64,000 bases of DNA from the human T2T-CHM13v2.0 reference genome, Homo sapiens. The notes under the pieces are model-generated. The model saw only the letters and a list, made by a program, of their open reading frames with translations. It made no database searches and was not told the origin of the DNA. Shown one piece after another: positions 55,018 to 64,000 of this stretch. The stretch is taken from positions 16,064,001-16,128,000 of the forward strand of contig CP068257.2 of the NCBI GenBank assembly GCA_009914755.4, in the 5' to 3' direction. A program made the position numbers and the translations under genes. The stretch's first letter is position 1. Each line of letters begins with the position of its first letter.

Positions 55018-58000
55018 AAAGGGAAATTTTTATGTGAGGTTTCTAAAAATGTTCCTTAAAGGGAATTGACTCATCTTAGACAAATACAGACTAAAGAGTC
55101 TTAGCTTCTCCCTCTTAAAAGTAAGGGAAGATAACATCACTCTCCTCCTTTTCCTTAGAGTGTTTATTTTGGAAATTTATAACTGCAAGTACTTTCTGCT
55201 CTCTTAGAAATGTATGTAAATTGTTTTGAAAAGTAGATAGGCCCTTTGTCAACTTGACCCTAGAATGCCTTTCTCAAGAACTCAGGAAGGAACCATCTTC
55301 TTTGAATGTAAACATTCAAGGAAGATAGCTTCCTATCTCCTAGTTTCAGTAGGAGAGTAGGGGAGTAATTTTAGCCTGACTCCAAGTTGTAAAACTACCT
55401 CCTGTCCAAACAATATGAGAAGTTTATTTTTCCTTTGTATAAAGTCAGTTAACTTACGCAGATGGTCACCACAATTACCAGGTAAATTTAGGATAAACTT
55501 AAGTGTAATGAAATGGTGCTGTCAAGACCTCTCACTTGAAGACTAGTTATGATTTATCTTGAGAACGTGTATGCAACAGGTTGTATGTGCTTGGGTGTAT
55601 GAAGGGTGAGAGTTCTCTCTGTGCAATCTCTTATCAAATTGCCTGTGATGTGCATTACATTCTGGTTTCACGCTTATTCAAAAATAAAAGGGCTTTCTTC
55701 CTCTATCACTTTCGTGGAGAGGATTTCTGGATTGAGAGAATATTTGTTTTTTAAATTATAGTTCCCCAACACTCAGTTGAGAGTCGTGCCCACTTTCTTC
55801 TCCCCTCTTCATACTTGTGAAGCAGGTATGTTTGCAAAGGCCATGGCTGCCATCTTGGACCATGTAGGTGACCTTGAAGATGGAAACCAACCAGCACGTT
55901 CAGAAAAAGGGGAGGACGAACCTTAGTCCCTGATAATTATGGAGCCATTGCACCAGTCCTGAATGGCCTACCTTTAGACTTCTTTTATATAAGAGAGAGA
56001 TAAAATTCTCTTGTTTCAGCCACTGTTATTTTGGTTCTTCTGTTAAATGAGGGTGAAGCTTATTCTAACTGATATATTGCCAGAAAGAATAACTTCAGCT
56101 AAAATATAGCCAAATCAGGTTTCTTATTTAAGCATCCACTAACATTTAACTGTTTTTTTGCTTACACCCATGTACTGCAAGTCAACTGATTTAGTTATCA
56201 AGACATACATTTTGTAACCAGTTTATTTTTACTCCTTCACCATAAAGTCATTTGCTCAAATCTAAATGTTCTCTGGGTGCTGTTCTGGCTTTGAAAAGGT
56301 GACTAAGGTGGACTTCTGATAACACTTGCTTGGCTTTATTTATTTCAGGCAAAAATATTAAACTTTGGTCAAATTTTGATCAATTTCTCATTTATGCATA
56401 TGTTGAAATGAGCCTAAAATGTTCTTAAGGGAAAGCTTGGCCCTCTCATCAGTTCACTTTTATGCAGAAGTAGCTACATCTTCTATTCCCAGGTCAGACA
56501 GAAAGGCTCTTCAGCTTTTGTTAAAGGATGTTAATTCAGTGCTAACTTTGCTGATGATTAAAACCCATCATTCTGTCTGACAGCAGCACCTGATAATACC
56601 TCCAGGCACTTGTCGGGAAGTAGAACATTAATTCACAGCCACTCAGTATCATGCAAAAGTCTGCTGAGAAGAGTAATATTTATGGAGGACAGTTTAAAAG
56701 AATATGTAGTCCTTTATTTTCTCAGATGATCTGAAATCCATCCTTAAACAGATAATCACAGGGCTGCTCATTTGAATTCCTTTGTTTTGGTCCCTTGTAC
56801 AGTGGCTTTTACTCAGTTATGTTCTGTTATTATGACCTCTGCCTACATTTAAACATATTCTAAGTAACCTCTCTGGGAACTTATAATCATTAGTGTGAAG
56901 ATGTTGTTTATTCATTACAGGGCATGTGTCTTCTTTACAAGGTCACATGTGCTGACTTTCTCTTTGATTTCATTATAAAAATATTGTGTATCCACTTAGT
57001 GAATAATTTTTATTGAGCAACTGGTTTATTTTTAGAGACATTGCATTTTTGTGTTGCATATAATTTACTAAGTCCAATGACTATTTTTCTGAAACAAGGG
57101 AAATAAAAATAAATAACTGGGCTTAATGTACCCTTCCCTTTCACGCTTTTACATATTGTCCTCCTTTTTCGTGATCACTATGTCAGTGATTTTCTACCTT
57201 GACTGCTGTGGTCTAAAAGTTTGTGTCCCCCTAAAATTCATATGCCAATCTTAACCTCCAAGGTATCTGAAGGTGGGGAACTTTGGGAGGTGATTAGGTC
57301 ATGGGGGTGGAGACCTCACAAATGGAATTGATACTCATATAAAAAGAGTCAGAGAGAGACTCTTCACCCCTTCCACCATGTGAGGATGTTGTGCAAAGAT
57401 GCAGTTTCTGAACTAGGAAGCAGACCCCCATCAATACAAAATCTGCCAACATCTCGCTCTTGGACTGGCCAGCCTCCAGAAATACATTTCTGTAGTTTAA
57501 AAACCACAGAGTTTATTGTATTTTGTTGTAGCAGCCCAAATGAACTAAGGAACTGGCTTATGGCTTTGTCTCTTTGGGGTAAAGGTAAAGAAGGATATTT
57601 GGATCATCCCATTTTTCTTAGGATCATCCCATTTTTTTTTTTTTTTAGAATGTAAAAGTTATGCTGAGCTTTTAGGAAAAACAACTTCAAAACTGAAGTC
57701 CTTCAGAATGATTAAGAGAAATTAGAATTTCTAGTTTATATTTTAGGCAATTTATTTAGAGTTGGGGTCTTGTTCTGTTGCCCAGGTTATTTTAAAAAAT
57801 CTGTTTAAACTTATCATTTTAATACACTTACTTTTTAATAGATAATACATTTATGCAGCTCTAAATCTAAAAGAATAAAAAAGGTATGCAATGTAGTCTT
57901 TCCGAACTCATGTCCTAGCCCCTTAGTTGTCTTCCTTGGAAGCTGCCAAGGTTATGTTTCTTTTGTAGCCATATATTTTGGTGTATTTTTTTGTAAATAA

Positions 58001-58039
58001 AAATACGTATAAACTCTTTTTTTTCTGATTTGTCTTCTT

Positions 58040-58180
58040 TTTGAGATAGGGTCTCACTCTGTCACCCAGGCTGGAGTGCAGCAGTGCAGTCATAGCTCAT
58101 TGTAGCTTCGAACTCCTGGACTCAAGTGATCCTCCCACCTTGGCCTCCCAGAATACTGAGATTACAGACATTTTTTTCTG
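58040..58180 (-). mobile_element. Truncated Alu (right-arm monomer, antisense) with 14-bp TSD tttttttctgattt
   Basis: gagatagggtctcactctgtcacccaggctggagtgcagcagtgcagtcatagctcattgtagcttcgaactcctggactcaagtgatcctcccaccttggcctcccagaatactgagattacagac. The direct repeat is at 58020-58033 and 58176-58189. Confidence 0.75.
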
Positions 58181-59883
58181 ATTTTTTAATTGTAAAATAC
58201 TGATCACATTGTGCTGTCATTTTCATTTGTCACAAACTGTATATTATGAAGCTTTCTCCATATCGAAGGGGATAAAGTCCTTCCTTATTCTTTGCTCTGA
58301 TCACCAAGTACTCTATGGCTATACTTTACTTAACCAGTTCCCTATTCACATCATTCTTGTTGCTTCTAATTCTTTTTAAAAATTGTTATTACAAACAATA
58401 CTTTATTGGCTAACCTTTTACAGAGCCAAGTTTCCAGTATGATAAAGCCCTATAAGTTTAACTTTTGGCTCACATTTTACTGGATTTTAGGTTTTGATGG
58501 GTATTGCCAACTTGCTGTCCATAGAAGTAGCACTATTTTACAATCTCCTGGCTATTTTTGTATTGCTTTTTAAATGAGGCCTTCAAAGCTTCAAATTACT
58601 TTATGTCATTTGAGTGCTGTACAGCATCATAGATGGTTTTGCCCTCAAGAACTAACATTCAAAAGAAATCAATTTTTTTCCAAGCACATACATATTTTTT
58701 AATGGGCTGTTTTGCTTATTGTAATCTATTTGTCCATATTTCTTTGCGAAAGAGTGAGTGTAATGAATCAGGCAGACATAGCTAGAAAGGTAGTTAACAA
58801 ATGACATTCCTCCCTTGCCTCAGGGCCCATCGTGTTGTCATAGATGGCTCTTGTCCCTGGATTTAGACAGGCTGGCAGCTGCCTATTACCCCATCCATAA
58901 CACCGTGCAGGAGATGAGGGTGGAGAGAGATGAGCTGGAAGTCTGGTGGCTAAAAGCAGAAGATTAAACACACCCTTGCTCAGGAAAACTTTCCAAACTA
59001 CACATTACTCTTGACTTAAAAAAAAATGAACAAAATATATCACCCAAAAAATCCTGTCCTCAAGAAGGAGTCTGATGTGAAAGAATAAAACGTCGATTTA
59101 TGAATAGCATGCTATGCATCACCTGGCAAAGGCCTGAAGAATCCTCTAGTCTCACGAGGTGGGCCAGCAACGTGGATCTGTCTCCAAATGACTGTAAACT
59201 TGTTTCTGCCTGTCTCACTTTACCTGTGAAATAAATGGACGAATACATTTTTCTCTTTGTCAGAATGGCATCACAGATTGCTCAGATGCTTTTCCCTGGA
59301 ATCACACAGTCAAAATGTGGCCAAAACTGAACAGGAAGCTGAGACCCGCCCCCAAACAGGGCTCAGAACACAGCTCTCACTCTCATTCTGGGAAGTCCAA
59401 ATTCTGCCTCACACTCAAGGCCCTTACTCCAGAAGCTGGCCCCACACTGTTATTCTGGTTTATTCCCAGATTAATCCTTCCCACAGAATCCACACTCCAA
59501 GGCAATGGAATTATATGCTTATCTGGAAACACGCTCTATTCTTTTCCACCTCATGCCTTTATGCTCTTTCTGTGCCTGTACGTTTCTCTTCACCATGTCT
59601 ATTCATCAAAATCCTAGTTGTAGAATAACTAGAATTGTAGAATAATCAGTAGTTGTAGAAGAAAACTTTCCTTAAGTTTTCCCTAACTATGCTTCAACAA
59701 ATTCTATGTAATCTCTTCCCTGGGTCAAACACATATTATATTTTCTGGTACTTCTCACCCAGAATTCCAGGCAGTTATTCATGTTTTTTATGAATTTGAC
59801 TCTTTCATTCCCCTGCATTGGATTATAAACCCTTTTATGACACATACCATCAACCTTATATCCATTGCAGTGCCTGGCTCACT

Positions 59884-59930
59884 TCTGAGGCTTAAACACA
59901 CACACACACACACACTCACACACACACTCC
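59884..59930. repeat. (CA)n dinucleotide microsatellite (interrupted)
   Basis: aacacacacacacacacacactcacacacacactcc. Confidence 0.9.
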
Positions 59931-60699
59931 TACATGTGTTTAATATATGGATAAAAAGAATTTTGATGGAAGTAAATGACTGAATGAATCAATATGTGTT
60001 TCTTCAGTAGGTCAAATGGTGAAGGACATTAATCGTAATTGATACTACATATTTGCAGCTGGAAACTCTTGTTTGTTTCATGCATAAGCCAGTGGTTCTT
60101 AGTGACATCAGAATCACCTTGGTAGCTTGGTAAAATACAGGTCGTTAGGCCTCATCCCCAGAATTTGATTTGATAGATCTGAGATTGTACTTTTCTAACA
60201 AATTCCCAGGGGGTGTTGATGCTGCAGGTTCAGCCACCAGATTTTGAGAGCCGTTGTGATTGTATAGCAGTCTATTGTAATTGTGTGTGTGCTAACAGGA
60301 TTGTTGCCAAGTCACTTTTGTTTAATTAGCTCTGATCTGTTTACCCAGGAGGATGTTTGATAGACCTCAGGAACAGATCCGACTCTGCCAATGTATCAAT
60401 GGACTGTGATTGACAGGAAGACCAGCCTTCATGGCTGGCATTGTTTGGAAATTGTTGCTCCCTTGAACCTGTGATGGAATCCAAAAAAAATTCTTTCATC
60501 ATGGTCCTTAACTCTCAGAGGAAGAAGAGTAGCACCTGCAGCTCAGCCGCTATTTGGACTTCAGTACTCTGCTGTGATAATGCCTGGGATAGCGAAAACC
60601 ACATACAGCTCAGGCGCTGTGCTGATATAAAACCTGTGCAGTCCCGATGCCTAGATTTCAAAAGGCTGGGGTCATTAGAACATAATTTGTGGATCATCA

Positions 60700-60840
60700 T
60701 GGAAAATAAAAATGAGGGGAAAATAATAGTTATAATTAAATTATAAATAATTAAAAAATATCTAATTTATAATTAATTTATAAAGAATATATTTATAAAA
60801 TAAATACATTATAATTAAAATCATAATAAAAACATGATTA
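60700..60840. repeat. AT-rich low-complexity block with internal short direct repeats (ataattaaa, ttataaa)
   Basis: aaaataatagttataattaaattataaataattaaaaaatatctaatttataattaatttataaagaatatatttataaaataaatacattataattaaaatcataataaaaacatgattaag. Confidence 0.8.
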
Positions 60841-61472
60841 AGAATTTCAAGATGGCAACAGGAGAACGTTAAGCATGGGGCCTACTGAGCACAGGACTCT
60901 GTGTGGCTGCCCAGGTTGCGTTCCATGAATTTGCTCTGAACTTGGCTGTGTAGGGCTTTCAGCCATTCTGGAAGAGACAGTAGATGGCAGGGAAAGGGAC
61001 TGGGCAAAGGCAGGAGGAGTTGGATGGTGCATGAGTAGAGAGAGAAGGAGGAAGATGGTGTTAAAGATGGCTTTCCTGGCTCTTCTTTCTCTCCACATTG
61101 TGAGAGTGTTGCTTTTTTGGGGTGGGGTAGGAGGGTGCCTCAACATCTGGTGTCTGAACCTGTAGCATCAGCATCAGCTGGGAATTTGGGAGTTTCCTGG
61201 AACACAAAGCAGGAAACACCCCCTGAAGTTTTGGCATGTCGCTCAGCACATGGGGGATATGATGGTTTAAGAAAGAATGACAAGGACAAGGACACTGACA
61301 ACACCCCCATTTGTCCCAAAGCAATGAAGAGCACTTGACAAGCTCCAGGCTGCCCGAGAGCAGCAAGGCCCCCCTAGGTAGGGTACCAGAACTTGGAATC
61401 ACTCTTGTTCTCTTCCTTTAGTGTGTCTTCTTCTTCAACTTCTCTTTAACTTTTCAAAAAATAAATTATATC

Positions 61473-61800
<328 letters not shown>

Positions 61801-62165
61801 ATCTCTTATTTTTCTGTGGAAAATTTTTTTCTTGAAAAATTGTATTTATTTTAAAAAATAAAGGAATCCCTGGCTTCTGCATTAAGTGCTTAGTAGATGA
61901 CAAGCTCCTCAGGGCCCAAGATCCACCTCATTCATCTTTGTGTCCTTGTTCACAGGACACAAAGTGGTACGCACATGTTGAAACACTGAATGGAATTGCT
62001 TTTTGCATTCGCTCAGAAGCTTCAAATTCTCTCCGCATTGTTGAGCACAGTGAGCGCAGGGTTATTGTTTAAATATTAAAAGAGAACACAGCTAATTTGA
62101 AGCACACATTTGGGTTCTGGACTATGGTTATGCCAGCTTCATTATGAAGTTTTTCATCACTTTTT

Positions 62166-62205
62166 GGCCTTTTGGCTAAGATTGAATGTATTATGTTGTT
62201 TTTCT
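62166..62205 (+). other. Short U2-snRNA-5'-end-like fragment
   Basis: tttttggccttttggctaagattgaatgtattatgttg compared with the U2 5' region tctcggccttttggctaagatcaagtgtagtatctgttc. Only about 30 nt are alignable, with no downstream Sm site or stem-loops. Confidence 0.25.
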
Positions 62206-64000
62206 TGTTAGGATAAAACCTTTTGCTGGATTATATATCCAGAAATTTTTTAAGGCTTTTGAGGAGATTTAATTTGATACACAGCTGCATGCTCTAGGTA
62301 AGTCAATTAACACGTCTGGATCTTATTTTCCTCATGCATTAATGTAACATCTAATTGAGCAATCCATGTACTGACACCCATTTACGAGTCAGGATCATAA
62401 CACCCACTATTTTAGCTTGAACGGCTGTAACCAAGTACCATAGACTGGCGGGGCTTCTAAACAACAAATTTATGTCCCACGGTTCTGGAGGCTGGAAGTT
62501 GAGATCAGGGTGCCATCAAGGCGGCGTTCCAGCGAGGATGCTCTTCTGGGTTACAGACTGCCAACTTCTGGCTGTATCCTCACATGGCAGAAAGAGGAGA
62601 GAGCTCTCTGGGGTCATTTTTATAAGGGCACTATTCTTATTCATAAGGGCTCCACCCTCATGACCTAATCACCTCCCAAAGGCCCTACCTCCTAATACAA
62701 CCATATCAAGGATTAGGATTTCAACATAAGAATTTTGGAGAGTGGGTCACAAACATTCAGTCCATTGCAATACATTGGCAAACGGTTCTTGTCGTCTTAT
62801 CAACTAGTGCTCATGGACATGTAAAAAATAATAATGCAATTGCGGCACATAGCAAAAGAGCTCTGGGAAGAAGGGCTCTGGAACATAGAGGAGGAGCCCC
62901 TGCTCTCTGCCTGGGGAGCTGAGACAGATTCCACAAAGACGGTGCACCTGAAAAGCGAGTGTCTCCAGAAGTGGTGGATGGGCTCCCTGAAAACAGCTTC
63001 ACACTGCTTCTTCTGAGCGTGTTGGTCAGAATGGAAGAATCTCTAATGTCCCCTCCAGACCTGGTGAATGAAAATACTGGGATTTAGGAGATGGCCTAAG
63101 AAATGTTTGGGAGCAGCACATGTTTCTATTTCTCTGCTTTTTTTTTTTTTCCTTACAGATGCTTGGTTGTCTCCCATTTCAAGACATGTCTGTTTTGACT
63201 GCATAGTTACATTTGTTGTGGTGAGCAGACTGCTCATTAATATTTTAATTAAGGAACACAATTTCTGTCCTCACTGTCCCCATATACTAGTTTCTGCTTT
63301 TTTTCCACTTTCTTTAAAGAAAAAATTCTTGGAAAAGCTTTGTTTTATAGAACTCTCTTGAGCAAGAGCAAATTTGTTTTCTCCGCAAAATTAAAGGTGA
63401 GCTATCTTGGAAACATATAGACCTTTCCATATCTCTGATTTCCTGAATTTCTAGTGAGATTCCCTTGTCTTCTGATGAAAATATTTGCTGGTAGTCATTT
63501 GTAATGCAAACAGCTTCCCTAACAATCTCTCTAGAGGGTGGAAGGGAATCTGTTTCTAAAGAAACCATGTGACATTGAGGACTTCTATGACTGTTACAAT
63601 TTTAAGAAAATTTTAATTTGACCTTTTTTAAAGAAAAAAATTAGGTGTAAAGTTTAATCCTTCCAATTCTTCAGAGTCTGAGAACTTGTTAAAGAGGGAG
63701 GCTCCCTAAGATCTAGAATTCTTGAAATGAATGTCCATAACCTTGAACAACTTTTCTATGTTCTCAAAATCGCTACAACAGAACCCCTGAAGGACTTGAA
63801 CTTCTGTGAACTTGAAAACAGCAAGTTCTTAGAACCTCAAGTTCTCTGTCTACCAAATTAAAACATTAATTCCCATCTCATGATGACATTGCTTCCATTT
63901 TATTCCCTCAATATTATTTTGAATATTAGGGAGTGGGTGGGTAGGTCTGGGAATATCACAGGGATGGGTTTATTGTTTGTTTCCGTAACATGACACATGC

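Overview
This 64-kb window is human (primate) genomic DNA, not prokaryotic. The call rests on more than 30 Alu SINEs with poly-A tails and target-site duplications (TSDs), several L1 LINE copies, an SVA composite retrotransposon, MaLR/THE1/MST/MLT1-type LTRs, an LTR12 (HERV9) solo LTR and MIR-like SINEs. By my estimate roughly half of the window is recognisable interspersed repeat, and there is no CpG-island promoter or convincing multi-exon gene. The long ORFs in the six-frame track are translation artefacts of repeats:
- 10150-12640: SVA VNTR.
- 23096-23494: tetranucleotide microsatellite.
- 43649-47187 and 7230-13730: L1 ORF2 remnants.
- 52830-53560: GC-rich LTR12.

I therefore find no operon, defence island, CRISPR array, tRNA or rRNA. 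What is interesting here is transposon stratigraphy and a few unexplained structures:
1. A seven-element nested-insertion stack: an MLT1-like LTR split by a 7.3-kb old L1, which in turn carries an old Alu, a THE1 LTR (itself carrying an AluY), an AluS and a 2.87-kb SVA.
2. The SVA has 15-bp TSDs, a roughly 2.2-kb VNTR and a non-canonical 5' end: it lacks the CCCTCT hexamer and instead has about 75 bp of CpG-rich non-SVA sequence, suggesting a 5'-transduction subfamily of the SVA_F1/MAST2 type.
3. A young 4.25-kb L1PA copy with 16-bp TSDs and a multiply disrupted ORF2.
4. An LTR12 solo LTR inserted into an Alu with a 4-bp TSD.
5. Six clustered copies (four minus, two plus) of one roughly 620-bp TG...CA-bounded LTR-like repeat within 20 kb, which I could not name.
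6. One unique GC-richer segment (18804-19029) bounded by an AG acceptor-like site and a perfect CAG|GTGAGT donor, which is the only exon candidate.

All subfamily names are from memory of consensus sequences, not from a database search. Coordinates of repeat boundaries are approximate (about +/-10 bp).
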